64,000 nucleotides of DNA, taken from Ostreococcus lucimarinus (lineage: Eukaryota). Where the stretch lies: NCBI GenBank assembly GCA_000092065.1, contig CP000584.1; one strand, given 5' to 3'. A program made the translations under genes and the position numbers. Within the stretch, counting starts at the first letter, position 1; every line of letters starts with the position of its first letter. The notes under the pieces are model-generated. The model saw only the letters and a list, made by a program, of their open reading frames with translations. It made no database searches and was not told where the DNA came from. Below, piece by piece: positions 30,716 through 39,221 of the stretch.

Positions 30716-31231
30716 TCATCTGAACCGCTTCGCCTTCCGCCGTTCGCTCCGCTCGCGTCGACGCTTCTCCTCCTTCGTCTCCTCCCGCTCCTCGTTCTCC
30801 TCCGCCCGAGGCGCGAACACGTATGGCAGCACGAATTTCGTCACTATCATGTACCCCGCGACCAAAGGCACGATCAGCGTCACCAACCAAAACCGATCCG
30901 AATACGTCGACGTCGCCATCGCGAACGCGCCGACGTAGATCAAATCCTGATAATACTCCGTCAACCCCCCGCTCAGCGACTCCCCTCCATCGAGCACTTC
31001 GCCGTTCTCCCCGAACGTCGGCTTCGCGTACGCGCGCAGCGAGCCCAGCGACGCTCGACACGCGAGCGCGGTGACGGCGAACACGCACAGGTGAAACAAT
31101 CGCACGCTTTTCCAGCGAAACACGACGCGCACGACGACGTGCAGCGCCATCGCGCCGTTCAGGACATCGCTCAGAAACTTCAACTTCGCGCGGTTCTCCT
31201 CCAACCGCTTCTTCGCGCCGGATTTCGCCAT
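30716..31231 (-). CDS. TMEM208: TMEM208/SND2-like ER membrane protein
   Basis: 'MAKSGAKKRLEENRAKLKFLSDVLNGAMALHVVV' vs human '[40 protein letters not shown]'. Three transmembrane segments and a basic C-terminus 'EKRRRERSERRKAKRFR' vs 'EKRQRRQERRQMKRL'. ATG at 31231; the longer track ORF is junk. Confidence 0.8.
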   Translation of the reverse strand: MAKSGAKKRLEENRAKLKFLSDVLNGAMALHVVVRVVFRWKSVRLFHLCVFAVTALACRASLGSLRAYAKPTFGENGEVLDGGESLSGGLTEYYQDLIYVGAFAMATSTYSDRFWLVTLIVPLVAGYMIVTKFVLPYVFAPRAEENEEREETKEEKRRRERSERRKAKRFR

Positions 31232-31333
31232 GTCGCGCCCGCGCGGGTCGTCGCGGATTAATGCGGATTGATTCAATCGTCGCGCGTTACAACGCGCGGC
31301 GCTCGACGCCGACGCCGGCGACGCGAGCGAACG

Positions 31334-32926
31334 ATGCTCGAGACGGCGACGCGCGCGCGCGCGCCGAGCGCGCCGGCGCGCGATCCGCGCGCCGCGCGCG
31401 CGCGACGCGCGACGGCGAGGACGACGCCGCGTCAGCAACGGTGCGCGGTGACGTCGGCGCGCGCGCGCGTCGTCCGCGCGGTGCTCGCGGACGATAAAAC
31501 GCACGCGAACGCGCCGGCGTCGTCGGTGATCGTCGGCGGTGGACCCACGGGGCTGGCGTGCGCGATCGCGCTCGCGCGGCGGGGCTGGGGGAACATCGAG
31601 GTGTGGGAACGCCTCGCGAAGCCGCCGTCGAGCGATTCTTCGGTCTGGGGGGATGCCTCGCGATCGTATAACGTCGGATTGAGCGGCCGAGGGCAAGCCG
31701 TGCTGAAGGATCTCGGGGTCTTCGATGCGGTGATCGATAAGTGCGCGGTGGTGAAGGGACGCATGGACTGGGGACCGAACGGCGAGCCGAAGGAGCGCTT
31801 GGCGAATAAGACGTACGATACGCAAGTGATTCAAAGGGACAGGCTGGTTTCGGTGCTCGTGGAAGAGATCGAGAAGAAATATGCGGGGAAGATTTCGGTA
31901 TCTTACGACGTCGCGTGCGTCGATTGTGAGTTTGGTGCGGACGGAGTCACGCTCGAACGCGGAGCGTGCGGCGAAAACTGCGATCTCGCCGCCGCGCGCG
32001 CTCAAGGCAAGACGGTGACGCCTGTCGTGTTCGGTGCCGAGGGCAACACCATGCATTCTGCGGTCGTTCGAGAGATGGATCGTAACGCCGCATGCGGGGT
32101 GAAGGTTATCAAGTTCCCGAACACTAATCCGCGGGTGTACAAGACCATCCCCATCCACTTGCCCAGCGACATGCGAAAGGATCTCAACTATAGCGCGCGC
32201 ACGAAAGCCGGCGTCGCGTTGGAGTGCTTGCCGACAAAAGAAGGTCTTTTAATCGGTATCATGCTCGTGAAACCCGAAGATGAGGAAACGTGCGTCAAAT
32301 TGAGCAACAAAGAATCTTTGAAGACGTTCTTCGACGAACATTTTCCGATGTTCGTGCCTTGGATCAAGGACGAAGATATCGAAAGCATGGCCAACAGCAA
32401 GTTCTTCGGCTTGCCGTCGTTCGGGTACGTGGATAAGTCCCTTAATATGGGTGGTCAGGGCGCGCTTCTCGGGGATGCTATCCACACCGTGAAGCCGTAC
32501 TTTGGCTTGGGTGTGAATTCGGCTTGGGAAGACGTAAAAGTGCTCGTCGAGGCTCTCGACGACGCCAACGGCGACACTTCTGTGGCGTTACCACACTACT
32601 CTAAGAAGCGTGCGGCGGACGCCAAGGCGCTCGTCGATCTCTCTCGCAGCTTCGATGGAGGTTTCATGACCTTTGTCCTTCCTCTCATCGTCGATTCCAT
32701 TTTCAACAAAGTCGCGCCTTGGCTCTTCATGCCCAACACGATTCAAATGCTGCAAAGGGAAGAGTGGTCTTTCAGCGCGATCGCCAAGCGCAAATGGCTC
32801 GACCGTTTTATGCAAGGCACGGTCATTATGTCTTTTATGAGCGCTGTCGGGTACGCCGCGTTGCAACTGACGAGACAATACGTCTGGCCATTCGTCGCTC
32901 GAGCGCTTTTGCGAGGCGGCGCGTAA
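31334..32926 (+). CDS. FAD-dependent monooxygenase, kynurenine 3-monooxygenase (KMO)-like, with presequence and C-terminal hydrophobic anchor
   Basis: FAD fold 'VIVGGGPTGLACAIALARRGWGNIEVWER'; 'SYNVGLSGRGQAVLKDLGVFDAV' vs KMO '[23 protein letters not shown]'; 'ALLGDAIHTVKPYFGLGVNSAWEDVKVLVEALDD' vs KMO '[33 protein letters not shown]'. ATG at 31334; the track start at 31268 is TTG. Confidence 0.6.
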   Translation: MLETATRARAPSAPARDPRAARARRATARTTPRQQRCAVTSARARVVRAVLADDKTHANAPASSVIVGGGPTGLACAIALARRGWGNIEVWERLAKPPSSDSSVWGDASRSYNVGLSGRGQAVLKDLGVFDAVIDKCAVVKGRMDWGPNGEPKERLANKTYDTQVIQRDRLVSVLVEEIEKKYAGKISVSYDVACVDCEFGADGVTLERGACGENCDLAAARAQGKTVTPVVFGAEGNTMHSAVVREMDRNAACGVKVIKFPNTNPRVYKTIPIHLPSDMRKDLNYSARTKAGVALECLPTKEGLLIGIMLVKPEDEETCVKLSNKESLKTFFDEHFPMFVPWIKDEDIESMANSKFFGLPSFGYVDKSLNMGGQGALLGDAIHTVKPYFGLGVNSAWEDVKVLVEALDDANGDTSVALPHYSKKRAADAKALVDLSRSFDGGFMTFVLPLIVDSIFNKVAPWLFMPNTIQMLQREEWSFSAIAKRKWLDRFMQGTVIMSFMSAVGYAALQLTRQYVWPFVARALLRGGA

Positions 32927-33035
32927 TTAAAACAGATGTGTCTTCTTTAATAATGCAAGTAATAAGCTGCTCGCGTAGAACGCACACACGCCTAAATCGA
33001 AAGAATGTCGTAAGAACTGTCCTACGAAGTAGAAT

Positions 33036-33731
33036 CTAGTAAATCCACGCTCCCCCCCCTATCGAGTTCATTGGCAGCGCGTAAGCCGCGCTCGCGAAGT
33101 ACTTTTCGAGCTGCGGAAGTGCCTTAAAGTTGGCGTGGTACCGCTTGAGCTCCGGAAACGTCTCCAACGGCGACTTCATACCGCGCCTGTTCGCGATGAT
33201 TTCGTGTTGATCCAGCATCTCGAACAGGTGAAAGTCGGCGCTCGACGGCGCGTCGCGAATCAAAAATTCCATCCCGCGTTGCTTCAGCAACGTCTCGAAT
33301 TTCGCGTAGAACTTACCCACCGTCGCGTTCATGTGATCATCGCAGTTCTTTTCGAACGCCTCCTTCGTCGTCGTCTTGCCGTTGAACGGATACACCACGC
33401 CCATCAACGCGTTCCGCAAGTCGTAGATTTCCGCCAGCGCCTGCGCGTTCGCCCATCTATGGTCCTCGCTCGCGAACGCGTCCACGCCCGTGACTTGACC
33501 CAAGAACTCGAGCACCACGCTCGAGTGCGTCACGACTTGACCGTCGCACTCGACGTACGGCAGGTTGATCAGCGCGTTCCCGCTCGCGAGCTCCGGTTTC
33601 TTCCCCGCGAACCACGATCCCGCGTCGGCGTAGTTCACGTCGGCGTAATCCGCGCCGGCGTACTCGCAGAGCATGCGCGCGGGCGCGCCGAGGCCGCGAA
33701 TCGGCCAGTATCCGAGCTCAATCTTCGGCAT
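33036..33731 (-). CDS. Glutathione S-transferase (Mu/Sigma-like class)
   Basis: 'MPKIELGYWPIRGLGAPARMLCEYAGADY' vs Mu-class 'MPMILGYWNVRGLTHPIRLLLEYTDSSY'; '..INLPYVECDG' vs 'NLPYLIDG'. Possible N-terminal extension to the ATG at 33851 (MSRAPSSPSRVAL...). Confidence 0.75.
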   Translation of the reverse strand: MPKIELGYWPIRGLGAPARMLCEYAGADYADVNYADAGSWFAGKKPELASGNALINLPYVECDGQVVTHSSVVLEFLGQVTGVDAFASEDHRWANAQALAEIYDLRNALMGVVYPFNGKTTTKEAFEKNCDDHMNATVGKFYAKFETLLKQRGMEFLIRDAPSSADFHLFEMLDQHEIIANRRGMKSPLETFPELKRYHANFKALPQLEKYFASAAYALPMNSIGGGAWIY

Positions 33732-33849
33732 CGCGCGCGCGGTGGCGTGCTTCGCGGGCGCGCGCGCGGCGTCGCGTTGTCGCGGTCGAGCGGGCGGCGG
33801 CGGCCTTCGGGACAACGCGACGCGCGACGGCGACGACGGCGCGCGAGAC

Positions 33850-33891
33850 ATGGCGAGCGTCGCGCCGCGCGCGCGATGCGGGACGATCAAG
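33850..33891 (+). CDS. Exon 1 (MASVAPRARCGTIK) of tandem-repeat / KOW-SH3-like protein
   Basis: ATG at 33850 (inside the palindrome CATG that also gives the minus-strand ATG at 33851), followed by GTGCGC at 33892. The downstream exon has no in-frame ATG, so an upstream exon is required. Confidence 0.55.
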
Positions 33892-34060
33892 GTGCGCGAG
33901 TTCGCGCCTCGCGAGCTCGGACGGACGCGGCGTGGGCGCGCGCGGCGACGGCGCGCGACGACGTTTTGGATATCGGTTTAGATACGGCGCGAGTTCGAAC
34001 GAAGGATGCGCGCGCGTTTCGCGAACGGACGACTGACGAACGCGCCGAGCGCGCGCACAG
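33892..34060 (+). other. Intron (169 nt): GTGCGCGAG...GAACGGACGACTGACGAACG...CGCACAG
   Basis: ACGACTGACG at 34029-34038; acceptor AG at 34059-34060; phase 0 on both sides. Confidence 0.55.
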
Positions 34061-34666
34061 ACTATCGTGAACGCACCGACGAAGCGAGGCGCGCGAACGA
34101 CGACGCGCGCGAGTGGTAAGGGCGATGGGAAGGATCGGGTGTACATTGGCAAGGGACGTTACGTCGAAGACGACGCCAAGAAGTACGCTGGGCGCGATAA
34201 CTGGTTCACCGGCGGATGGCCGGGCGGAGAGAAGCAACTGAAGGAAGTTTTCATTCAAGAAGAAGCGGCTGCGGCCGCGCAGGCGGCGAAGGAGAGCGCG
34301 AAGAATGAGCTTCCAGAGTACGCCAAGGGCGACGATACTATTTACGTCGGCAAGGGTAAATACGTTAAAGGTGACGCGAAAAAGTTCGCAGGTCGCGATA
34401 ACTTGTTGACGGGCGGGTGGGCCGGTGGTGAGGTCGGACTGAAGGTTGGGGAGAAGCTGAAGATGAAGAAGGGTGATTTAGTCAAGGTGGCGGCGGGCGG
34501 CGGTTTCTTCGGCATGGGCGGTAAGCCCCAGCGCGTCGGCACCGTTCGCAAAGTGAACGTCAAGAAGAACGGCGATTGCACGATTGAAATCGCCGTGTTG
34601 CCGTTCGATCGCGTCGAAACCGTGGACAGTTCTCTGTGCACGCCGACCACACTGGAGGAAATGTAA
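34061..34666 (+). CDS. Exon 2 of protein with two ~35-aa internal repeats (GKGRYVEDDAKKYAGRDNWFTGGWPGGE / GKGKYVKGDAKKFAGRDNLLTGGWAGGE) and a C-terminal KOW/SH3-like (PsaE-like?) segment
   Basis: ORF track 34067..34666 starts at GTG with no ATG until near the C-terminus. Spliced N-terminus 'MASVAPRARCGTIKTIVNAPTKRGARTTTRAS' looks like a plastid transit peptide. TGTAA overlaps the stop. Confidence 0.55.
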   Translation, partial: TIVNAPTKRGARTTTRASGKGDGKDRVYIGKGRYVEDDAKKYAGRDNWFTGGWPGGEKQLKEVFIQEEAAAAAQAAKESAKNELPEYAKGDDTIYVGKGKYVKGDAKKFAGRDNLLTGGWAGGEVGLKVGEKLKMKKGDLVKVAAGGGFFGMGGKPQRVGTVRKVNVKKNGDCTIEIAVLPFDRVETVDSSLCTPTTLEEM

Positions 34667-34761
34667 ACGCGTGAACGCTCGTTCTCGAATGACCGCGCCG
34701 CGACGACAGGAACCAGGGGTCTGACGCTCTCGTCCGAACTCGTCCTATCGCGAGTTTCGTT

Positions 34762-34804
34762 AATATTCAATACTTTAATATTCAATACTTTAATATTCAA
34801 TACA
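34762..34804. repeat. AT-rich 15-bp tandem repeat (aatattcaatacttt x ~2.9)
   Basis: Direct read of 34761-34806. A conspicuous low-GC island in GC-rich surroundings, in the 3' flank of the previous gene and 5' flank of the next. Confidence 0.85.
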
Positions 34805-34888
34805 CACCGATACCGACACCACCGCGAACGATCGTACGCGTCGCCGCCGCAGCCGCCGCCTGCGCCGGTCCTCAGACGCCGGCGGTTC

Positions 34889-35266
34889 ATGCCCGCCGCC
34901 GCGCCACCGGCATCCCCTTCGACGCCGTCGGCGACGATATCTACCGCGCCCACGCACCCCGCCAACTGCTTGTGCTGCATCGGCGGCCCCGACCTGTCGT
35001 TCGAGCGCGCCGTCTTTTCCATCCTCGCATTGAAGTTGGGCTTTGAGTACGACACCGCGGCGAAGTTTATTCGTCTCTGCCGCGCCTCGCCTCGAATGGT
35101 GCTGAGTAAAGGCAAGTTTAAGGTCGCATCGAAGGTGCGAGGGAAAGATATCGACGCGCTGAGCGCGGAGGAGGTGCAGAGGGTGCAGGATGCGGTGCTA
35201 GGCGAGTACGCGGGGACGCTGGCGTTGGAAGAGAAGCAAAGAATCGACGCCGGTACGCGACGTTGA
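34889..35266 (+). CDS. Small hypothetical protein (125 aa), stop codon 7 nt upstream of the NRPS-like ATG
   Basis: ATG at 34889; protein-like, non-GC-biased composition ('FSILALKLGFEYDTAAKFIRLCRASPRMVLSKGKFKVASKVRGKDIDALSAEEVQRVQDAVLGEY'). Confidence 0.4.
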   Translation: MPAAAPPASPSTPSATISTAPTHPANCLCCIGGPDLSFERAVFSILALKLGFEYDTAAKFIRLCRASPRMVLSKGKFKVASKVRGKDIDALSAEEVQRVQDAVLGEYAGTLALEEKQRIDAGTRR

Positions 35267-35273
35267 CGTCGCG

Positions 35274-37865
35274 ATGGTGAACGCAGATGGACTACACACG
35301 GTGTGTGATTACGCACGATGGAGAGCGTGCGATCCCACGACGCGATTTCGCGAGGCGGTGCGATATTATGAAACGTTGAACGGCGCGCCGACGACGTTGC
35401 GCTTTGGCGAACTTGTCGACGAGGCGACGCGTTTGAGCGATTTTTTCGCGCCGTACGCGAAGTCAGCGGTACGTGACTCTCCGCCTTGTTGCGTGATCAC
35501 GCTTGAAGACGGCGTGGAAGTGTTCACATGCCAGTTGGCGGCGATGTTTGCAGGTATGGCGGTGTCACCGATGAGTACGCGAGATCCTGCAAAACGATTG
35601 GCGAGCGTCTTTGCAGACGCGGATGTCCGCATCGTGATCGTTCGTGATGGGGACGAGGCATTGAAGGTGGGCGAACTCACGAATGCGAAAGTTTTTACCG
35701 TCGAAGCGTTATTCAGGGCCCAACAACGATCAGCCACTGCGACCATCGCAGTAAAAGCCGACGACGCCTCGCACGTGTTTTTCACGAGTGGATCTACGGG
35801 GCGACCGAAGGGCTGCGTGGCTTCACACGCCGCGCTGTTGTCATACTGCGAAGCGAAGAACATTGCACATGAAATTGACGGTACAAGTGTTGTGTACTGT
35901 GCGAGCAGTCACATGTTTGACCCGCACTTTACGGATTTTTGCAGCGCCATCGTCGCCGGCTGTACGTTGACTTCAGCGTCGCGTGAAGTCACGTTCGCGC
36001 GACTCGGTGATGCTTTGCGAGTATCGAGCGCAACGCATTGTTTGACGACGCCTATTTTGCTCAGTTCGGTACGAGAAATTCCGAGTTTGAAATATTTGCG
36101 GCTCGTCGCGCTCGGCGGAGAAACGATGTCTAAATCGCTCGCGCAAGCTTGGCTCGATGCCGGCGTTCGAGTGGCAAACACATACGGCGTCACGGAATGT
36201 GTCGCGTATCAGACGTTCTGTGAGATAAAACAAGCGTCAAACGATGACTTGCGCACGTTGGGGGATCCACTTCCGGGTAATACATTCATATTTGCCGCCG
36301 ATCCCGGCGACGATCCGACGTTGACGGCGAAAGCGGGCGAGCTTGCAGAACTATGGATCGGCGGGCGCCAGGTCGGGAACGGATATTTGAACCGTCCTGA
36401 GCTCACATCGGCGCGTTTTAAAAATAATTTGTACCGAACGGGCGACATAGTTAAAGTTTCCTCCGACGGCCAGCACATTCTCGTCGGACGTCGCGACGAT
36501 CAAGTGAAGATAAGCGGTCAGCGCGTCGAGCTTGGAGAAGTTGAAGACGCGATTCGCCGTACGTGCAGCGCGTTCACACGTGAAGTGAAGTGTGTTCTGG
36601 CAAGTACAACAAAACAGCTCATCGCTTATTGCACTGGATCTTTCACGGACGTTGACACCGTGGTCACGGCGGCCATGCGATATGCCGTCGCCCGAGAGAT
36701 TCCTCAGCACATGGTTCCATCCATGTTTGTGTTTTTGGACGAGTTGCCGATGACGTCGACAGGAAAAGTTTCGCGCGCGGATTTGTCGCGGCGCGAAGTC
36801 GATGTGCGCGAGCAGGGATGCGCAATCAAGTTTGGTGAGTTTGGTGCGGATTTGGCACGAATATGGTCAGATGAGCTTGGTGTCGATGTAACGCACGGTG
36901 ATGCGGATTTCACAGCGAATGGTGGCGACTCGCTACGAGCGCTTAGAGTAGTTCAGCGAGTAAAAGCGCTCATCATAAAAGAAGACGTCGACGCTGGTGG
37001 TGGTACGTTCGGCGAAGCACTCGGGGCGTTTGCGCCCATCGAACTGTTACAGCGCTCACGGCTAAATGACTACGCGCGCTTTATTCGCGGCAGCGTCGAA
37101 GACTGGCCTTCAAGATATGCCACGGATTCAGACGCCGATGAAGCCGAGGCAACGCTCAGTGATATCGATATCGGCTTGCACGTATTGATTCGCGCATCAG
37201 CGGCAGGTCACGTGAGTTTGGTAAAGCTGCTCGTCGATGCAGGCGTTAGCGTCGATCCAAACTCACGCTCAACGCCGCTCCACGTGGCGTGCGCCAATGC
37301 GCGCGTCGAATGCGTGCGAGCGCTCCTTGATTCCGGTGCCTCCGTGAACGCGCTCGGTACTAGCAGAAGAACGCCGTTGATATTTGCCGTTTCTTCGCCG
37401 ATGTGTACATCTGAGCTCGTGAAGATTCTGTTGGGACGTGGCGCCGCGATTGGCGCAGTCGACGAGGACAAGCAAACTGTTTTGCACGCCGCGGCGCGGG
37501 TGGGCGCGGCGTCTTCGGTCATCGGCACCTTACTCGACGCGCAGTCTACTTCATCCGCGAAAGGTAAAGCGTCAAAAAAAGCGTTGATGTTGCACGTCAA
37601 CGCTCTCGATGTCTGGGGACGTACCGCCTTGCACTGGGCCTCGGTAAACGGCCATCGCAACGCGTGCAAATCGCTCCTCGAGCGAGACGTAGACGCATCG
37701 ATCAAAGATGTCAACGGCGAAACCGCGCGCGACATAGCCGAACGCCGCGCGCTGTGTAGCGCCCAGGAGCGCCCCAGAGGCGGTCGGCCGAGCACGTGGG
37801 GCGACATCGCCAACTTACTCGGCGGAAGCGGAGCTACGAAACACCTCAAAGCGTCTCTGGCGTAA
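35274..37865 (+). CDS. NRPS-like enzyme: adenylation (AMP-binding) domain - thiolation/PCP domain - C-terminal ankyrin repeats (A-T-ANK)
   Basis: A-domain cores 'FFTSGSTGRPKG' (A3), 'NTYGVTE' (A5), 'YRTGD' (A7), 'GRRDDQVKISGQRVELGEVE' (A8), 'LPMTSTGKVSR' (A10). PCP 'GGDSLRALRV'. At least 5 ankyrin repeats ('TPLHVACANARVECVRALLDSGASVNA', 'TALHWASVNGHRNACKSLLERDVDASIKDVNGETA'). No condensation, reductase or thioesterase domain. Confidence 0.85.
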   Translation: MVNADGLHTVCDYARWRACDPTTRFREAVRYYETLNGAPTTLRFGELVDEATRLSDFFAPYAKSAVRDSPPCCVITLEDGVEVFTCQLAAMFAGMAVSPMSTRDPAKRLASVFADADVRIVIVRDGDEALKVGELTNAKVFTVEALFRAQQRSATATIAVKADDASHVFFTSGSTGRPKGCVASHAALLSYCEAKNIAHEIDGTSVVYCASSHMFDPHFTDFCSAIVAGCTLTSASREVTFARLGDALRVSSATHCLTTPILLSSVREIPSLKYLRLVALGGETMSKSLAQAWLDAGVRVANTYGVTECVAYQTFCEIKQASNDDLRTLGDPLPGNTFIFAADPGDDPTLTAKAGELAELWIGGRQVGNGYLNRPELTSARFKNNLYRTGDIVKVSSDGQHILVGRRDDQVKISGQRVELGEVEDAIRRTCSAFTREVKCVLASTTKQLIAYCTGSFTDVDTVVTAAMRYAVAREIPQHMVPSMFVFLDELPMTSTGKVSRADLSRREVDVREQGCAIKFGEFGADLARIWSDELGVDVTHGDADFTANGGDSLRALRVVQRVKALIIKEDVDAGGGTFGEALGAFAPIELLQRSRLNDYARFIRGSVEDWPSRYATDSDADEAEATLSDIDIGLHVLIRASAAGHVSLVKLLVDAGVSVDPNSRSTPLHVACANARVECVRALLDSGASVNALGTSRRTPLIFAVSSPMCTSELVKILLGRGAAIGAVDEDKQTVLHAAARVGAASSVIGTLLDAQSTSSAKGKASKKALMLHVNALDVWGRTALHWASVNGHRNACKSLLERDVDASIKDVNGETARDIAERRALCSAQERPRGGRPSTWGDIANLLGGSGATKHLKASLA

Positions 37866-37924
37866 ACGCGCCTCGCAGAGTTACATTGTACATTCTAGAT
37901 AATCCCTCACGCAACGAACGCGCG

Positions 37925-38383
37925 CTACCATAACATATCATCATCCGCATCGTCTTCACCGTCCTCGATCCCCTCGCTCGTCGTCATCGCTCCGATCGCC
38001 CTCGCCGCGTGTTCCGCCGTCTCCGCGTCCGCCCCGCTCGTCGCCGCGAAGTACGCCGCGTTCCTCTTCTTCACCTCCCGCTTCGCCGCCTCCCCCAGCG
38101 CCTCTCGCGGGGCGTCGTCACCACTTCGACGCATCGCTCGCTGTCTCGCGCGCACCGCCTGCTTGTTCATCCGCTTCACGTCCAGCGCGTGTTTATTATT
38201 CGTGCGCTTTTTCGCCTTTTTCGCACCCGCGCCGCCGCCGCCGCCGCCGTCGCCGCCGCCGCCGCGCCGCGCCGTCGCCGTTCCCGCCGCGCCGCTCCCG
38301 AGCGACTCCAACGCGCGCGCGAGTTGATCCTTGAGCAATCGCCGCGACATGTCGTCCCGCGTCGCGTCGCGATGTCGCGCCAT
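37925..38383 (-). CDS. Small basic/acidic hypothetical protein
   Basis: 152 aa with Gly-rich, Lys/Arg-rich and acidic C-terminal segments. ATG at 38383 is only 17 bp from the divergent DnaJ ATG; an alternative start is the ATG at 38350. Confidence 0.35.
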   Translation of the reverse strand: MARHRDATRDDMSRRLLKDQLARALESLGSGAAGTATARRGGGGDGGGGGGAGAKKAKKRTNNKHALDVKRMNKQAVRARQRAMRRSGDDAPREALGEAAKREVKKRNAAYFAATSGADAETAEHAARAIGAMTTSEGIEDGEDDADDDMLW

Positions 38384-38400
38384 CGCGACGCGCGCGCGCG

Positions 38401-39189
38401 ATGTCGCGCGACGCCGACGCCGACGCGAGCGACGCCGACGCCGACGCGAGCGACGCCGACGACGCGCCGCGCGGCGAGGACCTGTACGCGATCCTCGGCC
38501 TGCGCAAGGAGGCGAATCCGTCGGCGAAGGACATCAAGCGCGCGTACCATCGCAAAGCGCTCGAACTTCATCCCGATAAAAACGTCGGCGACGCGAGCGC
38601 GGCGGGAAAGTTTCAGACGCTGCAGCGCGTGTACGGCGTGCTGAGCGACGAGACGAAGCGACGGACGTACGACGCGACGGGAAGGGTGGAGGACGCGGAG
38701 TTGGGAGGGGAGGCGTTTCAAAATCTGTACGAATATTACCGCGGGGCGTATAAGGAGGTGTCGACGGAGGATATCGAGGCGTTCGAGCGGGAGTATCGGG
38801 GAAGCGAGGCGGAAAAACGAGATGTGCTGGAGCGCTACGCGAAGTACGAGGGAGACATGACGCGGGTGTTCGCGTGGGTGATGTGTAGCGAGGAGGCGGA
38901 CGATTCGCATCGATTCGCCGACGTCGTGGACGAAGCCGTGAGGGATGGACGCGCGGAGTCGTACGCGGTGTACGAGGCGTGGGCGCGAGAGGTGAGGAAA
39001 CGAAAGGCGCCGAAAGATCCGCTGGGGGCGCGGAAGGTGAAAAAGGGGACTAAGAAGGGTGGCGGCGACGACGCGGATTTGTTTGCGCTCATTCAACGCA
39101 AGAACGCGATGCGAGCGGATCAGGCGGATGATATGTTCGCCGCGCTCGAGGCAAAGTACGCGCCGAAGAAAAGAACGAAGAAGAACTAG
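38401..39189 (+). CDS. DnaJ (J-domain) protein, DNAJC9-like
   Basis: J-domain 'DLYAILGLRKEANPSAKDIKRAYHRKALELHPDKN'. Overall length and C-terminal helical region match the DNAJC9 architecture. Confidence 0.75.
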   Translation: MSRDADADASDADADASDADDAPRGEDLYAILGLRKEANPSAKDIKRAYHRKALELHPDKNVGDASAAGKFQTLQRVYGVLSDETKRRTYDATGRVEDAELGGEAFQNLYEYYRGAYKEVSTEDIEAFEREYRGSEAEKRDVLERYAKYEGDMTRVFAWVMCSEEADDSHRFADVVDEAVRDGRAESYAVYEAWAREVRKRKAPKDPLGARKVKKGTKKGGGDDADLFALIQRKNAMRADQADDMFAALEAKYAPKKRTKKN

Positions 39190-39221
39190 CTATTGTCAAT
39201 AATCTCAAGATGTGTGGACGC

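Noticed and set aside
33851-33890. N-terminal extension of the GST ORF to 33890
   Set aside because: The 33890 start is a non-ATG (TTG) codon. The conserved Mu-class N-terminus MPKIELGYW begins at 33731. The ATG at 33851 remains a possible targeting-peptide start but is not required.
35250-35290. Tried to join the small ORF (34889-35266) to the NRPS-like ORF via a GGTACG...CGCAG mini-intron
   Set aside because: The implied intron would be ~35 nt and lacks the branch motif seen in all other introns here. The two ORFs are therefore kept separate and the adjacency is flagged as a finding.
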